Assembly: GCA_043228905.1 (NCBI GenBank)
Contig: JBHGNT010000013.1
Span: forward strand, 7,812,001 to 7,876,000
Reading direction: 5' to 3'
Source: Azolla caroliniana
Lineage: Eukaryota; Plantae; Polypodiophyta
DNA: 64,000 nt
The position numbers were made by a program, and so were the translations under genes. Below the pieces are notes generated by a model that saw nothing but the letters and a program-made list of their open reading frames with translations, was not told where the DNA came from and searched no databases. Positions 34,845 to 45,217 of this stretch are shown here, one piece after another. Every line of letters starts with the position of its first letter. The stretch's first letter is position 1.

Positions 34845-37800
34845 TGTCAAGGAAATCCTCGCATGCGTGTAGAATAAGGCGGGACCACGGGGGTCTTGGA
34901 CTAGGGAGTAGATGGGAAGACGGGCATTAGCAAAGTGGAAGAGATTAACACGGTAGAGAAAGTAGAAAGAGACAAGATTTAAGAAGTTACATATATTATG
35001 GCATGAAAGCCTCAATGCAATTACAACCGAGGCTGCGTGGGCCGGACTGAAGACGTAAGTAGAATGTAAACCCTAATAGGATAAGTAAAGAAAGAAATGA
35101 AGAAACCCTAAACCGAATAGATACTCTCGACCTAAGTGGTATACCTTTTCTTACTCAAAATAGGCAACCCCTCAATGGTGCCCCTTCCTCTCCTTTTATA
35201 GCATAATGAGAGGAAGCCGTTACGAAAAAGAGAGACTAAATATCCCCTTCATTCAATGGGGGATATTTGCTTAGATTCTTGGAAGAGGGATTGATGGGGC
35301 CTTAACTCCCACTCCTCGCACATACTACTATGCCCATTACTCACCTCGTACTCCTATGTACCCTTCTCTTTCTCATGTGGATGTGCACGTAAATGCACAT
35401 CACATTTACATTTTAGGAATCTTGTGGTGCATTTCTTACAATTTACATTTGTTCTTATTAATATTTTACAAATACATCATGTGCGTGTGCAAAGTTGCAC
35501 AACCAAGTTTTGCTCCCTCCGCTTGGTTTTCCCCCTATGGAAGAAAATCTTCACGACATCCGCCCCCACCAAACCGCACATCCATCGGTATGTGCCAAGA
35601 AGGGGGAGAGGTGAGATTTTCGGTCATGGTGATCAACCGAGTCCTTAGCGTCCTTGTCGGCTTTGCCCGACTTCGTCTTCCACTTCGAGCAAGCCCATCC
35701 CTTCCACATGGACCACCGTAGCCTCCCAGTCCGCCATACCCGTCGTATGCTCTCGAACCGTCGGCTCCACCCGATCCACCATCCTCGACGGAGTTTGCCA
35801 AACCACTGTCTCCGCCCGATCCACCAGACCCGGTCTTCACACACCTCTCTTTGGCTTCCTTCGTTTTCTACGCGCGACCTTTGACCGAATCCTCATTCTT
35901 CCTGATTGTTTGCCGGATATCGCACCATGTGTTGTTCGTCCACGCTTTTCTTGCCTCGGCCGCTTCCTCGACTCGGCACTGTCGCGTGCCAAACTTCGTC
36001 GTCGATCATCCTCGTGCTCGTCGTCAGCCCTTCTGCGGCCACATCGCACGTCTCGCACTTCGCTTCGCTCCGTGTACCCTTTCGAAAAGGTACATTGCTT
36101 CCCCGACATCCGTGTCGGTGCTCTCATCTTCGGTGTCCTCCGCAACCTCCGAAGTTGCCGCTTCGCCCCAAGGTACACCCTCTTGGTCTGCCTGGCCCAC
36201 TCGGCCGCACACATCCTTTGGGATGTGCCGTTTGCCCTTCACGGTGCGTGACCCTCCGTTCATCACGCACCTCCTTCGTTTCCCTAGACACAATCCTTGA
36301 TTCATGCCGATCGCGCTCGTCTCGTTCCGTCGATCTTGGCGTCTCGTCGCACCGTCCTTTGTCCCGCGCTTGCCTCTTGAAGGCTCCCGGTCACTCCGTT
36401 TGTACGCCGGATTCCGCGCCTCACGTGTCCCGTGTGTCCCTCCTTTGGTTCGACCGTCTCCTCGTCCCGAGCACCTCGGTGTTCCATCTCTCTCCGTTCT
36501 GCGCTTGCCTTCCGTGGACTCGACCAGTCCGCCATTGGCGGTCACTCGTTGCCGCTCTTCCGGGTGCATGCTTGCTTCTTGGCTCTTCGTCGGCCGTAGT
36601 GCATGCTCCGTTTTACACCCTTCACTCGCCGTAGACCCGACCTCAACGTCGACCTCTTTTCCCTTTGTTGCCATAGCCCGTTCCGACTCAGGCTTGCCAT
36701 CTTGGCCCAGCTCGTTCATTATTTCATACCGGATACCCACTCTGGTAACCTCGTTCCCTCCGGTAATTGACTCCTCACCGCCACCCTCCATCTCTTCGGT
36801 CTTACGTCAATCCGCAACCGCCAAAGTCTCAAGAATTGGTGTGGAGGGTTCCTCTCGCTCTCGGTCTCTCACCGAGTCATACTCCTCGTGCATGTTCGGC
36901 CTCTTCGTGTTCACCGCCTCCCACCGGGTGTTGCGGTTCACTCGCCACGATCTCCAATTAGGCCGGCTTAGCCCTTTTTGGGACCGGTTTCAGTCGTTTG
37001 GTTGGCTCTTCTTCCGTTCAGGCCCGGTTGACCGGGCCCCGCTCCAATCTTCTTCCGCATCGTCTTCCGGTCGTGTTGGATTACCGACTGGTTTGTCTTC
37101 TGGGACCGGTCTCAGTCGTTTGGTTGGCTCTTCTTCCGTTCGGGCCCGGTTGACCGGGCCCCGCTCCAATCTTCTTCTGCATCGTCTTCCGGTCGTGTTG
37201 GATTACCGACTGGTTTGTCTTCTGGTAGGGTCAGTTCCTGACTCTCTCCTCGTTGCCGCTCCCGGCCTCTTCTTCAGTACCTTTGGATATGCCCGTTCCG
37301 GGCCTTGCATCTTCTTCGTATGTGCCCGCTCCGATCCGCAACTCCTCACGGCCACCGCCCATCTATCTGGTCTTATGTCCGCACTCGGGCGCAATCGCCG
37401 TAATCTCCAGTCTCGGTGTCGAGGGATCTCACCTCCGTCCGCTATGACCTTCCTCGTCGTCGTTTCGGTCGTACGCCTTGCCGCCGCCACCGTCCGTCAC
37501 TCTAGGTGTCATGCCAACACTCGGGCCGGCCGCCAGAGTCTCTAGAACCGGTGTGGGTAAGGTCCTAGCACCGCCGCTCGTCATGTCCGTAGCCACCTCC
37601 GTCCGAACGTTGTCCGCGGCTGCCTCTTCCTCGATTCTGCAACCCTCGATTATGCTTGCCTCCTCCTCTTCCTCGTTCTCCTCCTTGTCGTCTTGGTTGC
37701 CCGCTTTGCCGCTGCCACCTTCCGTCTCTCCAATCTCACGTGGGCTCTCGGGGTCGACCGCCGAAGTCTCTAGAATAGGTGTGGGAAAAGTCCTGGTACC

Positions 37801-38775
37801 ATCACTCGCTGATGTCATGTTCGTAGCCACCTTCATTCGGACGCCATGGTCCGTGGCTATCTCTTCCTCGATTCTGCAAGCCTCGATTATTCTTGCTTCC
37901 TCGTTTTCCTCCTCTTCTTCTTGGTTGCTCTCTTTGCCGCCGCCACCTTCCGTCTCTCCGGTCTCACATTGGCTCTCGAGGCTGACTGCCGAAGTCTCTA
38001 GAAGAGGTGTGGGAAAAGTCCCGGTACCATCACTCGCCGATGTCATGTTCATAGCCACCTTCGTTCGGACGCCGTGGTCTGTGGCTATCTCTTCCTCCAT
38101 TCCGCAAGCCTCGGTTATGCTTGCTACCTCCTCGTAGAATGTTTCGGGCAATCGCGTCCCGAAACTTACGCCCACTCTCGAAGTGGTGTTCATTGCTCCA
38201 TAGTTACCCGGCCTTATCCGTGGCCGTCCTTTTCCCGCAAGACGATAGGGTGGCTCACTCCGCACCCTCTCCCATGTCACCGTTGTACGCTCTTTCGGCC
38301 TCCGCATAGGCCCCATCCTTCGTATGTAGGGAGGCGTCTTCCTCCGCATCCTCCGATCCTCTCGGGCCCGTCTCCATAGTAGACCCTTCTTCGGCTTCGA
38401 TTTGTGTCTTCACAATCTCGTACACTTCCCATACCAAGGCTTCGATGTCGAGCTCCACCGAACCATTCCGCGGTGAGCTTTCCTCTGTCGGTGGTGAGGC
38501 GTAGTCACTCATCATCCTCCTTTCGCCGCCGCTTGCGGGCCGTGTTACAGACGACCGCATCTCCTCATGTCGTCGGCATACCCTCTCTACCTCGTTCCAA
38601 TCCTCAGTGAGGCCGTATGCCCATTCATCTTCTTCAAGTTCGGGTAAAATGACCATTCTCCCCTTTTCATCGACCGACTTAAAAAATAATTGAACCTTGT
38701 CCGCCCCCACCGATCTTCGATCCCGGTCCAAGAGTTGAGCAAAACGATGCTCAAACTCTCAAAATACTTTTATTG
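34845..38775 (-). mobile_element. 5'-truncated non-autonomous gag-only element with a third LTR type (3' LTR 34845-35558)
   Basis: TGTC...GACA LTR; PPT GGTTTGGTGGGGGCGGA; gag C-terminus (DKVQLFFKSVD...GLTEDWNEVERVCRRH), ~76-aa acidic repeats, and KTEHALR / WWIG..QWFG blocks homologous to 43259-45217; no pol. Confidence 0.85.
36980..37225. repeat. 122-bp tandem duplication containing the hairpin GGCCCGG-TTGA-CCGGGCC
   Basis: Units start at 36980 and 37102. Confidence 0.85.
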
Positions 38776-41700
38776 CGCTCCGAGGAGCCTTCGCCGATGG
38801 TACCCATAGACCGAACTCGCGTCGATCATACTCGTATGCCTCGTCCCATCTTTCTCTTCTCCTTGCAAAATCCCTTTCCGATGAAGAGGAATTGGAGGAC
38901 GAAGAATATCGGGGCAACAACTGATATAATAAAGGGGGGCGTCGTTATAACAATTGACCTTTTGCAACCAATCGCGGGGGATTCAATGGAGCACAGCCAT
39001 AGGGACATAATAGGCAGTATAAGGACCAATATCGGTATGACAAAAGTTCAGAAGATGAACGGCGCTAGGAGACACATCACGAAGCCCGGCACCCACCACG
39101 GAATAACAAGAGGTTCCAACCAAACCAGGATGAACTTGCAATAGCCACAGAAACGACTACTCTGCCAGGAAGAGAGACAGGCAAGTCTAGTGTCCACTAC
39201 TTCGTATGCCAACAACCTGGACATTACGTGACAGAGTGTCTACTTTGCAAAGGCAAAGCACATGCCATACATACGATTACGGTGGAAGTTCAACAAGTGT
39301 CAACACGGCAGCAAACCAAGAATGCGGACTGGACTGTGCAAGACGAGATACGCAAAGCGGCCCAAGCCTGGGTAGAAAAAGCTAACGCGGCAAATACGGA
39401 ACTTATGAGGTAGGAACCCGCAAACAACTTACCAAGGGGAGAAGATATGGCATCATCAGATTCCATATGGCAAGCATTGGCGAACTACGAGATAACGATG
39501 ACCATGGAGAAGCTCCTTTGACTAGTTCCACGATTCCGACAAGCAGTGGAGAATCGCATTACGGGCACATTTGGGATAGATGTCTCGACAAATTTTGTAG
39601 AAACCAGTTTCGGTCCCACGGTAGTAGACCATCACAACCCAGCCATTCAACTAGTGATACAGGGTCAAGAAGTCGACGGATGTATAGTTGATGGGGGTTC
39701 TAGCGTCAATGTCATTAGTAAGACTACATGCGAACGATTAGGAATTTCGAATTGGGAAGTTTGCCCTTTTTGGCTTTGCATGGCAGACACCAAATCTGTC
39801 TAACCCTTAGGGTTGATCCGGAAATTAGGCATTATCGTCGGCAGTCATCGTTTTGACATTTCGGCAATAGTATTGGCATTGGACGCGTCAGGAGCGTACC
39901 CAATATTGCTCGGCAAGCCGTGGCTTTGGGCTGCTAACATCAAACAGGACTAGCAGCATAACTGTATCAGTTTCCGATGAGGACGCAACAAAATCCGCGT
40001 ACCCACTCAGGAAATGGCTGCATAACCCAAGGGCATAACACCATTATATGCAGAAGACATAAATATGCTAGAAGGGGTAGATGATGTGGAGCTGGAAGCA
40101 TACCTTGATGACCACCCACGGATCATCCCATTATTTGAAATTGATATTATGGAAACCGTTGCGAACTACGCGCCCAGTAATACGCTTCAGGAAGAGGCGT
40201 ACGAGCCGGATCCAGAATCATTACTAGGCTAAGCAGGGCACGAGCAGCGTTTGACTAGGAAATGGAAATCTCACGGCGAGTCTCAGCCTCAACATTGGAG
40301 GACGTCAACGTCAGAACGACAACGGATCCACGAGTGCTTTCAATTGCAAAGGATTTATCCCCGAGTCAGAAGGAAGCAATGATAGCACTGCTCAAGGACT
40401 ATAAAGATGTGTTCGTTTGGTCCCATGAAGACATGAAGGGTTGGACCCAAAGTTTTACCAGCATAAGATCAACTTATCTACCGATGTGAAACCCGTATAG
40501 CAGCATCGGTATCGCATGAATCCGAATTACGCAGCTCGCGTAAAAGAGGAAATTGACAAAGTTCTCAAGGCAGGGTTTATTCGACCGGTTAAGCAAGCTA
40601 CGTGGCTAAGCCCAATAGTCGTAGTACCCAAGAAAAATGGAAAAATCCACGTTTGCGTAGACTATCATAAATTGAACGCCGTAACAATTACAGATGTGTT
40701 CCCCTTACCTTTCACCGACAACATACTAGACGCAGTCGCAAGGCATGACATTTACAGTTTTCTAGACGGCTTCAGTGGATATAATCAATTGTGCATGCAT
40801 CTTGATGACCAAGAGAAGACAACGTTTGTCACCGACTGGGGGTTTATGTCGCGGTAATCATGATGTTTGGGCTAAAGACTTCGCCTGCCACATTCCAACG
40901 GACAATTACGGAAATTTTTGGGGAATACATACCCACCTTTTTGCAAGTCTTTCTGGACGATTTCGCAGTGTATGGGGCAACAACCGAACATCTCAGTCAT
41001 CTACGGCTTTGTCTGGAGTGTTGCCGTACTTCACACTTAAGTCTAAATCCGGCTAAATGCGCATTCGGAGTCACCGGTGGAGCCCTTCTCGGCCACATCG
41101 TAAGCAAGGAAGGGATAGCTGTGGACCCGAAAAAAATTTCCGCTATCATTCAGGCAAAAACATCAACAACTGCCAAAGCCCTTAGCCGTTTTTTGGGACA
41201 GATACGTTGGAATAGTCGTATGTTATGATATTTGGCAGATTTCGCTACACCACTACATGCCGTCGTACACGGTACACCTTTCAAATGGACGACAGTCAAA
41301 GAAGAAGTGTACAACGCACATAAAATAATGTTAACGCAAGCACCGATCGTACAACCACCGGATTGGGTGAAACTATTCCATGTTTTTGTGGATGCTTCAG
41401 AGATAGCAATAGGCAATGCATTGATGCAGTTGACGGAACCGAATTGGTACAAACCAGTGTATTACGCCAGTCGAAAACTATCAACGACGGAACGTAACTA
41501 CTCCACAACAAAACGGGAGGTGTTGGGAATGATATACAGAATGATATACAGCATCAACTATCAACTACCACGCAAAAGGACGCACACGTCTATTCCAAGC
41601 AGTGTGATTTATGCCAACGATTGGGTCAGCCCACGTAGGGCGCGAGGATGCCACATCAACCCGTTCTTCCGCTAGATCACTCCAGAAGTGGGGTCTTGAT

Positions 41701-43126
41701 TTTGTGGGACCCTTTACACCAGCAGCAACGCGAACAGGTAATAGATATATTCTGGTAGCCATGGATTATTGCACTAAGTGGGTGGAAGCAAACGCGCTAC
41801 AGGACAACACGGCGGCATCTACGGCAAAAAATTTGTATGAATACATCTGGTGTCGTTTTGGTTGCCCCATCCAGCTCATCAGTGATCAAAGGAGTCACCT
41901 TCTGAATTCAGTCATCCACGAGCTCACGCACCATTACGTCATCGTCCATAAGAAAAGCACGTCGTACTATCCACAGGCGAATGGACTAGTGGAGTCCACG
42001 AACAAAATCTTGCAAACAATACTGAAGAAAATCGTGAATGAAAATAGAACGGATTGGGACCCTAAATTACACAGCGCTTTGTGGGCGTATCGAACCAGTT
42101 ATAAGACTAGCATACAATCTACGCCATTCCCACTGGTATATGGGTTAGAAGCCGTAATGCATGTTGAATTCCAGGTGCCAAGTCTACGGATTCAAGTACG
42201 AGACCGCCTAGCGGAAGACCAAACCGAACAGCTACGGTTACATCAACTCCTCGAATTAGGAGAGGCTCGGGTACGTAGTATGGCTATACTAGAGCAGGAA
42301 CAGAGACCGCGTAAAGCATTCGTCGATCGTCATTGAGTCACACGGGGGAAGGACTTCGTAGTCGGAAAGGCCATATTGGTTTTTCTAACACGCATGGGCC
42401 AAATGCCCGGAAAATTAAGATTCCGCTGGATAGGGCCATATTGGATAGTCGGAGTGGAAAACAACACTTTTCAATTGGGCACCTTAGCCGGAGAGGTACT
42501 TCGACAAAAAGTAAATGGGTTTCGATTGAAACCCTATCTAGGACCTACGCCTCCAAACCCGTTCCACGCCGTTGTCGTGCCTTTCGGCTCCGGATCGTTG
42601 CGTGAGTCGGGTGGGAACCACTGAGGTTTTGGACTAAGAGAAAGAAAAATACAAATAAGGCTAGTAAAGAATAGGTATAAAGAGTTATAAGATAAGAATC
42701 TCGTGAATCCCACGAGTTTAGTATATTTAGTCAATATTTAGGTAGTAAGAGAGAATTATTTTAGCAAATTCGTGAATCCCACGAACATTTTAGATTGATT
42801 GATCATTATAGAAAAATAATCAACAAAAACTACAATGTCCTCCCCATCCTTATATAGTGATGGGAGAGACTAAGCATAGCTACATGCTTTTTCTCATATG
42901 TTCATGCACACTAAATGTGCATGTGATGCTTTTCTAATCCTTGCTTTTATTTGCTAAATATAGTGCTCATGCACGCTAGATGTGCATGAGTCACTTTATA
43001 GTCGCTTGCGTTTTTCTATAAAATATTCACGCACTCTAAAAATACATGATTTACCTTTTAATAAAGGTAGGCGCAAATAAATCACTTATGGTTATTAAAT
43101 CTATTTATAGAGCACTAAAGATAAGG

Positions 43127-43180
43127 TAGCATAATGGTAAAGTTGAGGTTTGGCTACGTGGAGGTACAGGGTTCGAATCT
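43127..43180 (+). promoter_or_regulatory. tRNA-like Pol III A/B box cassette in LTR (identical copy 45810-45863)
   Basis: A box TAGCATAATGG 43127-43137; B box GGTTCGAATCT 43170-43180; TTTT at 43217-43220. Confidence 0.6.
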
Positions 43181-43258
43181 TGCCCTATGCACGTGATAAA
43201 TATCTTGATATTCTTATTTTATTTATTGGTGATAAATATCTTAATATTCTTATTTTAT

Positions 43259-45217
43259 TTATTTATATGTAATTAAATCGGTTATATTATTTTTTACTTT
43301 TTCACGTAGTGTACGAAATACACTACAACACTCGCCCCCTCCGAACCCGCACATCCTCCGGTATGTGCCGAAGTTGCCGATGCTCGTTGTCTCCCCTTCA
43401 TCCTCCGTTTGTCCCGCTATGTCAACTTTGTCTCTCCATTTTGAGTAGACCCATTCTTTCCACCCGAACCATTGTCGCCATCCGATCCACCATATTCTTT
43501 GTTCATTCTTTGCATTGCCATGAGTGGTTGTCATGGTCCCTTGTGGTACTCTTGAGCATCTCGGTGTGTTGTCTCTCTCCACTCCGCGCTTGTCTTCCGT
43601 AGGTTCTACCCACGCGTCGATGTCGACCTCCGAATACGCGCTCGCTGTTAGGTCCTTGTGCGGCTTTAATGCATGCTTTATTTCTCGATGTTGCGCATGC
43701 GTCGTATTAGGCCGTAGCGCATGCTTCGTATTCCATCGTAGTGCATGCGTCGTATTACCCCGTAGTGCATGCTTATTTTTGCACCGTAGCGCGTGCTTCT
43801 TTTTGCGCCGTAGCGTGTGCTTCTCTTTACGCCGTAGCACGTGCTTCTTTTGGTGCCGTAGTGCGTGCTCCGTATTACATGCTTCTCCCATCGTAGACCC
43901 GACCTTCGCGTTGTCATGCTTTTGTTTACATCGGAATTTCAGACGGATCATCTTCCATCCGAACCGGCTTCCGACTTTACCTTCCTTGCTGCCACCTCCC
44001 GTCTCTCCGGTCTCACGTTGGTTCTCGGACACAACCGCCGAAGTCTCTAGAATTAGTGGGTAGGAATCCTCGGTATTATCATCTTCTGTCATTTCAACCA
44101 TAGCCTCCTTCTCGGCTATCTCTCCGTCGTATGAATCGGCTTCGACCTTTGTTTTCTCTCCGCCACCTTCCGTCTCTTCGGTCTCACGTTGCCTTTCGAA
44201 CGCAACCGCCGGAGTCTCTGGAATCAGCGGTGGAGAAATCTCGATATGGCAATCCGCCATTGATTCGTCCATAGCCACCTCCGATTCGATTTCGTCTTTT
44301 GTGGCTACCTCCTTAATCACATCCGCTTCACACTCTTTATCTGCATCAATTATGCAAACATCTATTATGCTTACCCCTTTTTGACCCGATGTCTCGGGCA
44401 CTTGTATCCCGAAATTTCCTTCTACACTTGAATTATCGGCCTTATCCTTCGCCATCGTTCTTTCAGAAGACGAGTGGGTGTCTTGTTCCACTCTTTCTCC
44501 CGTGGTACCATCATGTTGTATTTCGGCCTTCATATTGGCTTCATCGTTTTTCCTCAATCGATCATCCTTCATAGGCCATGTCGTTGTTGACGAGATTCTC
44601 AGCTTCCTTTCATCATGTCTTCGGCATACCCTTTCGACTTTGGCCCAATCCTCGGTAAGACCGTTCGCACCGTCATCATCTTCGAGTTCGATCCCGATGT
44701 CCATCCTTTCTTTTCGATCGATCGATTTTACGAACATTAGGACTTTATCTTCTCCCACCAATCGTTGTTCCCGCTCCGAGAGTTGAGCAAAACGATGCTC
44801 GAACTCTAGGAATGCTTGTGTTGCACTTCGGTGGGTCTTCTCCGATGCCACCCATTCGTCAAATTCTCGCCGATCTTTTCCCTTCGATCTCTTGTAATCA
44901 TATGCCTCTCGTAAAGCTTCTTCGAATGACCCCCATGTCGAGTTTTGTTGCCGTATCTTGTGGATTCTCTCTTGTAGCTCATCCGTGGCCACCCGATTGA
45001 AGGATGTCACTTGCAATCCTTCCGGTATCCCACATCGTATCATCTCCGCCTTGTAGTCACGTAGATAGCGTGACACATCATTTCCGTTGAATTGTCCGTT
45101 TCGTTGTACGAGCCGCTTTACTGCCCCCGTGATCTCCGACATCACTCGTTGTTCTTGTAGCATCCGCTCGAACATCATCATCATCGTTATGCTCATTGCC
45201 TCTTGTTGATTCTCCAT
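43259..45217 (-). CDS. gag: Gag-derived protein (652 aa from first ATG) with acidic repeats, 8-aa HALR repeats and a Trp-rich tail; runs into the 3' LTR
   Basis: Uninterrupted ORF; N-terminus aligns with the gag of 10630-15960 (FNGNDVSRYLRDYKAEM...GLTEDW). Confidence 0.8.
   Translation of the reverse strand: MENQQEAMSITMMMMFERMLQEQRVMSEITGAVKRLVQRNGQFNGNDVSRYLRDYKAEMIRCGIPEGLQVTSFNRVATDELQERIHKIRQQNSTWGSFEEALREAYDYKRSKGKDRREFDEWVASEKTHRSATQAFLEFEHRFAQLSEREQRLVGEDKVLMFVKSIDRKERMDIGIELEDDDGANGLTEDWAKVERVCRRHDERKLRISSTTTWPMKDDRLRKNDEANMKAEIQHDGTTGERVEQDTHSSSERTMAKDKADNSSVEGNFGIQVPETSGQKGVSIIDVCIIDADKECEADVIKEVATKDEIESEVAMDESMADCHIEISPPLIPETPAVAFERQRETEETEGGGEKTKVEADSYDGEIAEKEAMVEMTEDDNTEDSYPLILETSAVVSENQRETGETGGGSKEGKVGSRFGWKMIRLKFRCKQKHDNAKVGSTMGEACNTEHALRHQKKHVLRRKEKHTLRRKKKHALRCKNKHALRGNTTHALRWNTKHALRPNTTHAQHREIKHALKPHKDLTASAYSEVDIDAWVEPTEDKRGVERDNTPRCSRVPQGTMTTTHGNAKNEQRIWWIGWRQWFGWKEWVYSKWRDKVDIAGQTEDEGETTSIGNFGTYRRMCGFGGGECCSVFRTLREKVKNNITDLITYK

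Noticed and set aside
36304-37545. 413-aa plus-strand ORF (also 12513..13466 and 37478..38137)
   Set aside because: S/L/R/P-rich antisense shadows of TE coding or repeat sequence with no recognisable domain
43120-43192. tRNA gene in the LTR (also ~15870, 18607, 23395, 45803)
   Set aside because: A and B boxes are present, but there is no consistent acceptor, D or anticodon stem across copies; reported as a tRNA-like promoter cassette instead
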